DNA of 43,661 nt from Flavobacteriales bacterium (lineage in GTDB: Bacteria > Bacteroidota > Bacteroidia > Flavobacteriales_D > CAJJDF01): the NCBI GenBank assembly GCA_049609665.1, contig JBMYYT010000001.1, forward strand, positions 1 through 43,661, given 5' to 3'. Positions 23,377 through 33,500 of this stretch are shown here, one piece after another. Made by a program: the position numbers and the translations under genes. The number at the start of each line of letters is the position of its first letter. The first letter of the stretch is position 1. The notes under the pieces were generated by a model, which saw only the letters and a program-made list of their open reading frames with translations, was not told where the DNA came from and did no database searches.

Positions 23377-24347
23377 TAGTTATTGTCGGCTTGTTGGGTA
23401 TTCTTTTTTCTTGTAAGGAAGAGATTAAGCCAACCAAGAATAAACCTCAAATTATTTCAAAAGTAGTTACGCCAATTTTTAATGCGGATACTGCGTATCA
23501 ATTTATTCAGTCTCAGGTTGATTTTGGACCAAGAGTTCCGAACAGCGAGGCGCATGCAAACTGTGCTGTTTGGCTGGAAAATACTCTAATGAAATACGGA
23601 GCCAAAACTTTAGTTCAAGAAGGAGAAGTAACGGCATTTAACGGAGATAAATTACAGATTAAAAACATCATTGGTCAATTTAGTCCAGAAAAAACCTCTC
23701 GGGTTTTATTATTTGCTCATTGGGATACACGCCCAGTCGCTGACAAGGACACCGAAGATAAAGACAAGCCCATAGACGGAGCAAATGACGGAGGAAGTGG
23801 AGTAGGAGTGATTCTTGAAATGGCGCGCCAGTTTAGTATCAAAGCACCAACGGTAGGAGTGGATGTAATTTTCTTTGATGCAGAAGATTATGGAACTTTT
23901 AAAGGGAGCATGAGCACAATGGCTGACGATTGGTGTCTTGGGAGTCAATATTGGGGAAAGAATCCACCGATAGAAAATTTCAGACCGAAATATGGAATTT
24001 TGTTGGATATGGTAGGGGAGAAAAATGCTCAGTTTCCAAAAGAATATTTCTCTTTGTATTTCGCTCGAAATGTGGTGGAAAAAGTTTGGAGCACAGCTCA
24101 GAAACTGGGGTATTCTAATTATTTTATAAACCGAGAATTAAGCGGTTATCAAGCTATAACGGATGACCACAGGTATGTGAATATTTTAGCTAATATTCCC
24201 TCAATTGATATAATTAGTTACGACCCTGATAGAAATAAATTTGGAGATTACCACCATACTCACGATGATAACATGTCCGTGATTGATAAAAACTCATTGA
24301 AAGCAGTTGGTCAAACGGTGATGGAGGTGGTTTATCAGGAGAAGTAA
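23361..24347 (+). CDS. M28-fold zinc enzyme lipoprotein, glutaminyl-cyclase-like
   Basis: 328 aa. Lipoprotein signal 'LLGILFSC'. Metal-site pattern 'HWDTRP', 'GANDGGSGVGV', 'FFDAEDYG', 'LDMVG', 'HHTHDDN'. Assigning it to cyclase or aminopeptidase needs an HMM or structure comparison. Confidence 0.65.
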   Translation: MGKKLVVIVGLLGILFSCKEEIKPTKNKPQIISKVVTPIFNADTAYQFIQSQVDFGPRVPNSEAHANCAVWLENTLMKYGAKTLVQEGEVTAFNGDKLQIKNIIGQFSPEKTSRVLLFAHWDTRPVADKDTEDKDKPIDGANDGGSGVGVILEMARQFSIKAPTVGVDVIFFDAEDYGTFKGSMSTMADDWCLGSQYWGKNPPIENFRPKYGILLDMVGEKNAQFPKEYFSLYFARNVVEKVWSTAQKLGYSNYFINRELSGYQAITDDHRYVNILANIPSIDIISYDPDRNKFGDYHHTHDDNMSVIDKNSLKAVGQTVMEVVYQEK

Positions 24348-25652
24348 TTATTTTAACATTCCTGCAAATCTTTTCAGCTGAAGTTCAGCAATCTTGGCAT
24401 TATAAGTTGCATTCAGTAAATTGAGTTTAGTATTTATCAAATTCAATTGTGCTTGTCTAAAATCTAAGGAAGTGATTTTTCCTAAATTGAATAGTTCCTT
24501 TGATTTAAGGAAGTTTTGATTGCTTACTTCTACATTAATTTTTTCATTTTCAATAATAGCTTTTTGGGTGGTGTATTCTGCCCAAAAAGTTGCCAATTGA
24601 TTTTCTAAATTTAATTGGATTTTTTGTTTGTTCAATTCTTGAGTTCTCATAGCAATTTTTGCATTTTGAACTCTAACTTTTGTAGCCCCTCCATCAAAAA
24701 CATTCCAACTTAAGTTAAGTCCTGCACTCAGTCCAGTTGACTGTTGTTTTGCTAAGAATCCTGCAGGGCCATTGTCATTAAAATTATACCCATAAGATGC
24801 ATTAGTAGTCACACTTGGCAACCAACCTGCTTGATTTATCTTCAAATCTTGTTGGGTAATAGATTGATTCAATTCAAGTTGTTTCAGTTCATTGTTATTC
24901 GATTTTAATTGCGACAACAATTCCAAATAAGACAAATTACTGTCTAACCTTACCTCTGAATCTACTGAAAATCCGATGCTAATTTCTCTACCTAATAAAA
25001 AGTTAAGATTTCTGCGGTTGTTTTCTACTTGAACAGCAACATTAATTAAATTAATACTATCCTTATTAGCATCCACTTTTGCGTTCAAAATATCCAAGTT
25101 GGATTTTTGACCATATTCTTGTTGCACGGTAACTCGTTCCAACCTTTCTTTTGAGAGTTTATAAGCTTCTTCTATTGTTTTTTTCTGCTCTTGGCTTCGA
25201 GCCAAATTGTAATAGGTGGTATACACATCTATCAATGTATTTTCAATCTGTGTTTTCTTTTGAAGGGATGAAAGGGCATAAAGGTTTTTTAATTTATCAT
25301 ATTGATATTTTCTTGCTCCCCCATTAAACAGCACATAATTTAGCCCAACTGAAGCTCCATACCCTGAAGTTTGAACTCCCTCAATATCCCGTTCGTTTCC
25401 TTGTTGATCAGTAATTTTAGCATTGGAACTATTATATCGAGCATCAGCATTTGCAGTAACTGTTGGCAAAAAACCAGAGTTATATACAGATTTATTATTA
25501 TCTGCTTGAACAACAGAGTTTTCAGCCAATTGAATATCGTAGTTGCTTTTTAAAGCAATGGCAATAGCATCTTCCAAATTAAGAACGCTTTGTCCAATTC
25601 CTAAAGTTGGAACTAAGAGTAAAATGATTAGTGAATTAATAAAATTTTTCAT
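24348..25652 (-). CDS. TolC-family outer membrane efflux protein
   Basis: 434 aa. Signal peptide, two-fold internal repeat of coiled-coil-rich sequence, and last position in an MFP-RND-OMP operon. Confidence 0.85.
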   Translation of the reverse strand: MKNFINSLIILLLVPTLGIGQSVLNLEDAIAIALKSNYDIQLAENSVVQADNNKSVYNSGFLPTVTANADARYNSSNAKITDQQGNERDIEGVQTSGYGASVGLNYVLFNGGARKYQYDKLKNLYALSSLQKKTQIENTLIDVYTTYYNLARSQEQKKTIEEAYKLSKERLERVTVQQEYGQKSNLDILNAKVDANKDSINLINVAVQVENNRRNLNFLLGREISIGFSVDSEVRLDSNLSYLELLSQLKSNNNELKQLELNQSITQQDLKINQAGWLPSVTTNASYGYNFNDNGPAGFLAKQQSTGLSAGLNLSWNVFDGGATKVRVQNAKIAMRTQELNKQKIQLNLENQLATFWAEYTTQKAIIENEKINVEVSNQNFLKSKELFNLGKITSLDFRQAQLNLINTKLNLLNATYNAKIAELQLKRFAGMLK

Positions 25653-25700
25653 CTGTATTCCTTTTGTTTTGTAGTTGAGTTTTTGAAGTAACGCATAGGG

Positions 25701-28700
25701 TTAATATTCCTCATATTTTTCTACTGTAAGTTCTTTTACCGCTCTCTCCACGGATTCTCTGGTTGGTTTTTCTTCTTCCCAGAACGCCCAGTTTTCGGTA
25801 TCCCAAAACCATTTGACATAAACCTTAACCGTATTAACGGTAGAAAGAAAAATAGGAAGTAGTAGCAAAGTAAGCACAGTGGCAATTAAAATTCCATAGA
25901 CAATTGATATTGCCATTGGAATAAGAAATTGTGCCTGAAGACTTGTTTCAAAAATAAGTGGAGTAAGTCCGGCAACTGTGGTTATGGTTGTTAAGAATAT
26001 GGCTCTAAACCTTGATTTACAAGCTTCCATTAATGCGTCTTCAAATTTCATACCTTGCTTCAAGTTAATGTTGAATTTACTTATCAATACCAATCCATCA
26101 TTTACCATAATTCCTATAAGTGCAATAATCCCAAGCATGGAGAGCATATTTATAGAAAAACCATGAATCCAGTGACCCCAGCCAATTCCTATCAAACTAA
26201 ATGGAACTAAAAAAATAAGTACAAAAGGTTGGCTGTAGCTTCTGAAAGTAAATGCGATTACAACATAAATAAATATTAAAATAATCCAACCTGTAGGATT
26301 TAAAGAACGCTGTGTTTTCACAGCTTCTCTATTTTGACCTTCATATAATGGAGTAACTGAAGAGTATTTTGCCAAAATTGGTGGCATAATCGAATCCTTG
26401 ATATTTGCCATATAATCCGAAGCACTTGCTTTTGGATTTACTAAATCTGCTTTAACTTGAATTTCGCGTTGCCCCTCCAAGTGATTGATAGAAATTTCTC
26501 CTCGAGCGATGGAATAATTGGCAATTTCACTAAACGGAACTCTTGTACCTGATGGAGAAACCAATTGCATATTGTACAAATTATTAATCGACATCCTTTC
26601 CGATTTATCGTAGCGAACCCACACTTTTATTTCATCCTCTCCTCTCTGAAAACGCTGAGCTTGTGCACCAAAAAAAGCACTTCTCACTTGACTCATTACA
26701 TCATTTAGAGTAAAACCAAGCAGATAGGCATTGGATTTTAGATTAATGTCAATTTCTTTGATTCCTTGAGGGTCATTGTCTGTAATGTCTTTGACTCCCG
26801 AAATATTTTCAAGTTCACTTTTTAACTCTGCTTTTGCAGCTTTTAGTTCTTTGATATTATTTCCTAATAGAGAAACTGCAATTGGGCTCCCACCAAAAAC
26901 TGATCCTGAACCAAATACTAAGCTTTCTGCTCCAATAATTTCATCTGCGGTATCTTGTATGGCATTAGTTATTTCAGGAGAAGAAAAATCTCTAAGTTCT
27001 CCTTGCAGTAGATTTACAGTAAGCGAAGCTTTGGAAGAACCAGGACCAATAGTTTTTATTACATTCAAAACCACAGAATCTCGTCCAGTTTGCTTTTTGC
27101 CTAAGTCAGCATTTACTTCCCAGACACTTTCTTCTAATCTGCTAATCAGCGAATCAGTTACGTTTTCATTCGTTCCTTGTGGCATATTCAAGGTAATTTG
27201 AACTCTATCACTTGCGATTTGTGGAAAAAAAGTAAAACGGATAACTCCTCCAAAAAGAGCTCCTAAAGTGATAATAAAAAATGCCACAAAAATTGAAAAG
27301 CTAATGAACTTGAATTTCATTGTGAAGTTTAAAACAGGGGTATATAATTTATCCCTCATAAAGTTCATGAACTGCTCCGCTTTTAAGTTAAATTTAAAAG
27401 GTTTAGTACCTTTTTGTAAAGTTTTGGAATGAGATATGTGTGAAGGCAATATCAACAAGGCTTCAATTAACGAAACTGATAAAGTAAGTAAAACAATGAC
27501 CGAAACTTCACTGAAAAATTCTCCAATTCTTCCATCCAAAAATAAAAATGTAGCGAAAGCCAAAATAGTAGTTAGAATTGCGGAAATAATAGGAGGGATT
27601 ACCTCTATGGTTCCATCTATTGCAGCCCGAATTGGAGATTTCCCTTTTTCATGATGCGAATAAATATTTTCGGCAATCACAATTCCATCGTCCACTAAAA
27701 TTCCAATCACGATAATCATCGCAAATAAAGAAAGTACATTAATTGTAACATCAAAAAACCCTGCGATTGCAAACATCCCTAAAAAGGAAATAGGAAGTCC
27801 AAAAGCCACCCACATAGCAATTCTTGGTTTTAAGAAAAAAGAAAGGATAATCAAAACAAGCATCATTCCCTGCCATCCATTTTTGAGTAATAAATTGGTT
27901 CTATCCACTAATGTGATGGACGAATCAGAAGTAACATTTAACTTTATATCTGAGCTTGTTGAGTTATACTTGGCTATGTATTTTTTTACTTTCTCTGCCG
28001 AAGAAATCAAATCTTCACTGTTAGTATTTTGAACAGTCATGTTTACCGATTTGTTTCCATTAAAAAAAGAAGCGTTGGGTGTTTCATTGAATCTATCGCG
28101 TAATATTGCTACTTGTTTTAGCAGTACAACACTTCCCTGAATATCAGATTTTACCACAATATTTTCAAGGTCTTTTGCAAAATATGCTCTTGTGCTTGCA
28201 CGAATTAGATATTCTTCGGAAGATGTTTTTATTGAACCACCAGTAGTTACCAAGCTATTTTGGGAAACGGCTTGTGCCACTTGCTGAAAATTCAGATTAT
28301 AAGCTCTTAATTTTGCTTCGGTAACTGCAATTTCTATTTCTTCATCTGGGAATCCACTCAGTTTTACTTGTGAAATTCCGTCCATTCTTAGCAGTTCTTT
28401 TTCTATTTGTTGGGCTTTTTGTTTTAAAACTTTTAACGGAACACCGTTTCCATTTACCGAAAAAGAAATCGTTTGTCGAGTAGCTTGCTGTTTTGCGATA
28501 ACTGGAGGCTCCATTCCCGATGGAAAACTTGGAACTTTATCCACAGCATTTTTCACATCTGCTAAAATTATATCTGTATTGTAGCCTTTGAAAGTTTCGA
28601 TAGTAATTTGAGCGGTATTTTCATAGGATTTTGATGTTACCCTATCTATACCTTCAATTCCTTTTAGATTGTCTTCTATTTTCAGCACCACTCCTTCTTC

Positions 28701-28880
28701 CATTTCTTGTGGAGAAGCACCAGGATAAGCCAAGTTTATAGTTATAATCCTCGACTCGGACAATGGGAAGAATGAAGAAGTTAATGACTTGTAACCTAAA
28801 AGTCCAAACAACACAAACCCGATAACTACAATCCATGTAGCTATGGGGTATTTAATGAAATAAGCGATTAGTTTTTGCAT
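25701..28880 (-). CDS. RND efflux transporter permease (AcrB/CzcA superfamily)
   Basis: 1059 aa. Twelve-TM, two-large-loop architecture; 'VDDGIVIAENI' and 'VNDGLVLI' TM4/TM10-type motifs. Confidence 0.9.
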   Translation of the reverse strand: MQKLIAYFIKYPIATWIVVIGFVLFGLLGYKSLTSSFFPLSESRIITINLAYPGASPQEMEEGVVLKIEDNLKGIEGIDRVTSKSYENTAQITIETFKGYNTDIILADVKNAVDKVPSFPSGMEPPVIAKQQATRQTISFSVNGNGVPLKVLKQKAQQIEKELLRMDGISQVKLSGFPDEEIEIAVTEAKLRAYNLNFQQVAQAVSQNSLVTTGGSIKTSSEEYLIRASTRAYFAKDLENIVVKSDIQGSVVLLKQVAILRDRFNETPNASFFNGNKSVNMTVQNTNSEDLISSAEKVKKYIAKYNSTSSDIKLNVTSDSSITLVDRTNLLLKNGWQGMMLVLIILSFFLKPRIAMWVAFGLPISFLGMFAIAGFFDVTINVLSLFAMIIVIGILVDDGIVIAENIYSHHEKGKSPIRAAIDGTIEVIPPIISAILTTILAFATFLFLDGRIGEFFSEVSVIVLLTLSVSLIEALLILPSHISHSKTLQKGTKPFKFNLKAEQFMNFMRDKLYTPVLNFTMKFKFISFSIFVAFFIITLGALFGGVIRFTFFPQIASDRVQITLNMPQGTNENVTDSLISRLEESVWEVNADLGKKQTGRDSVVLNVIKTIGPGSSKASLTVNLLQGELRDFSSPEITNAIQDTADEIIGAESLVFGSGSVFGGSPIAVSLLGNNIKELKAAKAELKSELENISGVKDITDNDPQGIKEIDINLKSNAYLLGFTLNDVMSQVRSAFFGAQAQRFQRGEDEIKVWVRYDKSERMSINNLYNMQLVSPSGTRVPFSEIANYSIARGEISINHLEGQREIQVKADLVNPKASASDYMANIKDSIMPPILAKYSSVTPLYEGQNREAVKTQRSLNPTGWIILIFIYVVIAFTFRSYSQPFVLIFLVPFSLIGIGWGHWIHGFSINMLSMLGIIALIGIMVNDGLVLISKFNINLKQGMKFEDALMEACKSRFRAIFLTTITTVAGLTPLIFETSLQAQFLIPMAISIVYGILIATVLTLLLLPIFLSTVNTVKVYVKWFWDTENWAFWEEEKPTRESVERAVKELTVEKYEEY

Positions 28881-28900
28881 AATGCGAAAGGAATAAGGGG

Positions 28901-30007
28901 TTAGTTTTTAGGCGACACTTTCATCCCCTCATACCCATTTGGCATTGGCAATGTGACTAATTGAGATCTATCTGTTAATCCTTTAACGATGACAGAGTTG
29001 TCTCCTGAATGAACTATCGCAACAGGCTGCTTGACCAACAAACTGTCTTTTAGGATAAACACGAAACTTTCATCCACAAGAAGCTTTCGGTCAAATTCAA
29101 AAACATTTTCAATTTCTTGAGCTTTTATGTCTGCTTTTAGGTACTCGCCTTCTTTTAGCTCATTGGAGCGAATTTCAACAAAGAGTTGTAAGGTTTGAGA
29201 AGCCCTATCTATTTGAGGGTTTATTCGAGAAACTCTTCCCTTGTAGGTATTTGATTTATCAATGCTTTCAAGCATTACTATTTTACCAATTTTTAGAAAG
29301 TTTGATAAGCTTGCGTTCACATTGAGTTCCAGTTCATAAATTCCAGGTTTGATGAATTCTCCCAGTTTTTGCCCCGGAGAAACTAAAGTCCCTGGAGTGA
29401 TATTTGCCTCTACCAACACACCTGAAAATGGAGCTGAAATTGTATATTTTGCAAGTCTTGTTTCTAAATTCTTAATAGAATAATAATTGGAATAAATGTT
29501 TTTACCAGTGATGTAGTTTACAAAACTCTCATTTTTAATTTCAGGAAGTTTTGGTAAGCTTTTATCAGCGGAAATAGAAGAAACATAACTTTTCCATTTA
29601 GCTAATTCGGTAGGGTAATCAAATTGGATGTCGGCTAATGTTGACGTAATTAGACCCTTAAACGCAATTCTTTGGGATTTAACGGATGCAACAAACTCCG
29701 AATTATTAATTCCGATTAAGGTTTGCCCAGCTCTGTATTTTGTTCCTGCTTTAAATGGAGTAGAAGTGCGTTGAAAAACCCCTTGAACTTCGGAGTAAAT
29801 TACCATTCTGTCTTTTGCCATGATAGACCCAGTGCTGTTAATTTCCACAGGAATTTTGGTGTTTTCAACTGTTTTTGTGGTCACAGTCTTAAGAACGGAA
29901 GAAGTATTTTTCTTTGGAGCTTTTTTACTTTTTGAAATTATATTGCAAAGCTGAATTGATATAAATATTATAACGATTCCAATAATGGTTAAAATAGTCT
30001 TTCTCAT
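28901..30007 (-). CDS. RND efflux periplasmic adaptor (membrane fusion protein)
   Basis: The ORF track starts at 30043. I prefer ATG 30007 (MRKTILTIIGIVIIFISIQLC), which lies 7 nt after the marR stop. Barrel-sandwich/hairpin-like sequence, and positioned directly upstream of the RND pump. Confidence 0.8.
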   Translation of the reverse strand: MRKTILTIIGIVIIFISIQLCNIISKSKKAPKKNTSSVLKTVTTKTVENTKIPVEINSTGSIMAKDRMVIYSEVQGVFQRTSTPFKAGTKYRAGQTLIGINNSEFVASVKSQRIAFKGLITSTLADIQFDYPTELAKWKSYVSSISADKSLPKLPEIKNESFVNYITGKNIYSNYYSIKNLETRLAKYTISAPFSGVLVEANITPGTLVSPGQKLGEFIKPGIYELELNVNASLSNFLKIGKIVMLESIDKSNTYKGRVSRINPQIDRASQTLQLFVEIRSNELKEGEYLKADIKAQEIENVFEFDRKLLVDESFVFILKDSLLVKQPVAIVHSGDNSVIVKGLTDRSQLVTLPMPNGYEGMKVSPKN

Positions 30008-30014
30008 AATTTGT

Positions 30015-30521
30015 TTAATTAAAAAATGAACCGACTTTCTCATCAGTTACATTCTTCTGTATGGTTTTTAATACTTTTTTGACTGATTCTATTTCTTCTT
30101 TTGAGATATTTTTTTCTATGGTTTTTGCCATTTCACGAAAATGAGGAATAGCTTTTTCCAAAATTTTTTCACCTTTTTTGGTCAAATGAATGTGGTTTTT
30201 TCTTTTATCCAGTTCAGACGAACATTTGATTATATATCCCTTAGTTATGATAGTATTTATCATCCTCGTAAGAGAAGATTTATCTCTATTAGCATAAACT
30301 GCTAATTCATTTTGTGAAATCCCATCATTCTCTGCAATAGTTTTAAGCACCACAAATTGCATCTTGCTCAAATCAATATTGTTTTCATTCAGAATATCTT
30401 CGATTTTATGTTCGATGAGTTTCATGGTTCTACCGATCCATGGGCCAAGAGAATCTTGGAATTCTATGTGTAATTTTTCATTCACAAAACAAAGGTAATT
30501 AGAATGTAGTTGTATATGCAA
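30015..30521 (-). CDS. MarR-family transcriptional regulator (start codon uncertain)
   Basis: Winged-helix pattern 'DLSKMQFVVLKTIAENDGISQNELAVYANRDKSSLTRMINTIITKGYI...DKRKNHIHLTKKG'. The track start at 30521 is a TTG. GTG at 30485 is an alternative start (see findings). Confidence 0.8.
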   Translation of the reverse strand: MHIQLHSNYLCFVNEKLHIEFQDSLGPWIGRTMKLIEHKIEDILNENNIDLSKMQFVVLKTIAENDGISQNELAVYANRDKSSLTRMINTIITKGYIIKCSSELDKRKNHIHLTKKGEKILEKAIPHFREMAKTIEKNISKEEIESVKKVLKTIQKNVTDEKVGSFFN

Positions 30522-30545
30522 CCATATTCTAATTAATTTTAGAAT
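30499..30545 (-). promoter_or_regulatory. candidate MarR operator and promoter
   Basis: Inverted repeat ATTCTAA-N6-TTAGAAT at 30526-30545, plus a third half-site at 30499-30505. The minus strand also shows TTG (30521-30519), 21 nt, then TACCTTTG (30497-30490), which fits the Bacteroidetes TTG/TAnnTTTG promoter layout. Confidence 0.35.
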
Positions 30546-30561
30546 TAATGGGAATAGGCTT

Positions 30562-33500
30562 TTAAAAAAACGCTCGAATCTCGACAGTTCCTGCGTGAAT
30601 AGTTTTGATGTTTTCTGGTTTACGACCAGTGTAGTTTAAGGATAAATCAAGATTTTTTGCAATACGCTTATTTAGAATTAATTCCCAAGTCAAATTATTT
30701 CCGCGTTTGAGTCCTTCCAACATCTCGTATTCGAGAGAGGAATTATCGGCCCCAACAAAACCTATGGCCACAAAATTAAATTCGGCACCTAAGTTCAGTT
30801 TATTGACAATAGTATATTTTATTGCAGTACCCAAAGTGCTAATTGAGGCAAATTCTCCCTCTGTTTGATTTCTTTTTTCTTGATAAGAATATTTAAAATC
30901 CCAATTAAAATTATTGTCTTTTTGAAAGGTAATAACAGGAGAAGTTTTAATATAATTTATGTTGAAATTTCGAGAAGTCAAGAAATCTGATTCTAATGAT
31001 TTCTGACCTTGTTCGTTCTCCCATTTAACTAATATTTTCTTGAATTGATAGCGTAAATTTACGCCAAAAGAAGTTCTATCTCTTGTATTGAAACCATTGG
31101 ATAACAGCAATTTGTTGCTGTTGTTTTGAAATTTTAATTCAACACCATATTTATAACCTGTTCTATTAAAAAACAGGGAGGAAAGAATTTGTTTGTTAAG
31201 AGAAACAAGAGAAGAATCTTTCAAATTATTGGCAAATGGATTCAAACTTGTTTCCACACTTTCTTGTGTTGTTTTACGATCAATCCGATAGGCAGAAACC
31301 GAGGAAATTTTTGAAACAAATTTCCAGAATCTCTCTTTTTTATCTTTCAACAATGTTCTTGGATTTATAGAAACCGATTGGCTAAATTGATTGGAATAGG
31401 TTCTCACATATTCATTGCTTTGCGTGAATACTCGAATATAGTTGGCTTGATCTTGAAAGGCTGCAATCTCAAATTCATTTATTTCTTTACTTCCATTTTT
31501 ATTGTAATCAATCCAGGTAAAAACTCCTTGACCAGGATTTACTTCCACATATACAAATTCTCGTTTTTGCTCCAATCCAGATCCAACACTGTAAAACGTA
31601 TTAAGTGAAACAAGTTGCTTCCAAAATGAAGTGCTAAAATTAGTCTGGTTCAAGAAAGTATTCTCAGGAGTGGATGATGAAACAGAATCAGTGGGCACAA
31701 GATTACGATAAGCTATATTCCCCTTTAATCGGGTTCTTTTGTTCTTTGAATTAATCCCATAGTCCAATCCAGCTTCATTGGAATAAGCAGATTGAGTGAG
31801 AGAATTCGCGATTGATTTTTTTTCATTTCGATATCCATAGTACAAGCTAAAAAAGCGTGAATCATTTTTTGTGTTCTTTAGAAAAAGCCTACCATCATAA
31901 AAAGAATAACTTGAATTGAGCAGAGAATCGTTCTTAACAAAAAGATTATTCTCCAATTCATCCTGATAACCAATTGAAATTAATCCCAAATCATACTCAA
32001 TCAAAGTCTTGTGGCGATAAAAGTTTGTATTAATCTCGGAAATAGAGTTCAATAAACTCCCCGAATAATTTGCTTTCACTTTTTTCTTATCAATTTTAAC
32101 TCCTAAATTATTTTTGAATCCTCTAAAAGTTTCTCCCAAGTCCAATACATCTAATTGGTAATTAAATTCACCTAAGCTATCGTTTTTCAACCCTAAAGAT
32201 AAGTTTCCAAGCAACAGAGGAGTGGTTATGTCTTGGTAAGGTAAGTTCCAATTTCTATTGAATTCAATAGCTCTAAATTTTTCGATAGGGTTAAAATTTA
32301 CGCTTGTAAAATCAACAGAACCTCCTGTTGTTAAATGATTTGAATGAATTTTTTTGTTATGAATCAATTCAAGTTTGGTTCCAATACCGTAATTATTAGA
32401 GTTCCCTTGAGATGAAAATGTATTCAAATCATTATTAGATAATCCTACATCAGTTTTAATGGTTAAATTTTCGGTTGCTTGAAATAAATTTTCGAGTGTA
32501 AGTAGCTGTTTTCTTTTGGGTGTAATAATTAGAACCACAGGTTCATAATTCCCATTTTTAATAATCTGGCCACCTACTGTATCGGGTTTTATCCATTTGT
32601 AGACTTTGCCAAAAGGGGAAAACCCTTCTTGAATGTAATTTCCATTTCCTTGCCCTAAGTCGCTGAATTGAAGCCGATATAAGGTTGTATCAGCACTCGT
32701 TGAGAATTGGTAAATAGTATAACCTAATGAATCTTTTTTAAGGTAAGAAACCACATTTTCTTCTTCATCTACAGTGTTTTCTCTTTCGATGATTGCACGA
32801 GAAATGTCGTTTCCGATTGAGTTCATTAAGGCTATTTCAGGATCAGTTAAGTCCTGAAACAACGGTTGATTTTTGTGATCTTGTTCGCTAAAAAAACGAA
32901 TGAACGAAGTAGATTTTTTAGTTTTAAATTTCACCTCTGAATGGAGCATAGTTCTTAAATAGTTTCTGTCTGAATATTGAAACTGCACTTCAATTCTTTT
33001 GTTCTTAGTAATTAAAAATTTTGGAGTAAATGTAATTTCAGCGGTGTTGTAATCAATTATATAATCATTTTCGGCACCTCTTTTTAATAGAATTCCATCC
33101 ACAAAAACTTGTTCCGTTCCAGACAGAATCAAAACAAATAATTCGTTGTCAACTCCAGTCAATTTATAGGGACCTTGGTTACTTTCAATTCCTTGAAAGA
33201 ACTGTATGCGATATTTTCCTCGTGATACAGCTGCTCCAGCTTCTGCTCCAATTGTCGAACTATCACCCAATTCAAATTGATTGGAATAAAACAATCCTTG
33301 ATTTTTTTTTCGATATCTCAAATAATGAGATTCCATACTTTCCTTTACGTAATCCCCTGCAATGAGCTTCCATCTATTTTCCGAAAGTTGGATAAAAACA
33401 TTGTCAAAATCCTGCAGCTGTTGTGTGTTACCATCTGGCTGAATAGGAACATTATCATCAGTCACGGAAGCTAATACTTCAATATTTCCTCCAATTTTTC

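Noticed and set aside
33302-33310. A9 homopolymer inside the 1142-aa OMP gene, and A8 runs elsewhere (for example 31813-31820), as phase-variation switches.
   Set aside because: They encode Lys-Lys-(Asn) in a genome where AAA codons dominate. They lie deep inside genes rather than near 5' ends, and nothing in the context suggests ON/OFF switching. Only population sequencing could show otherwise.
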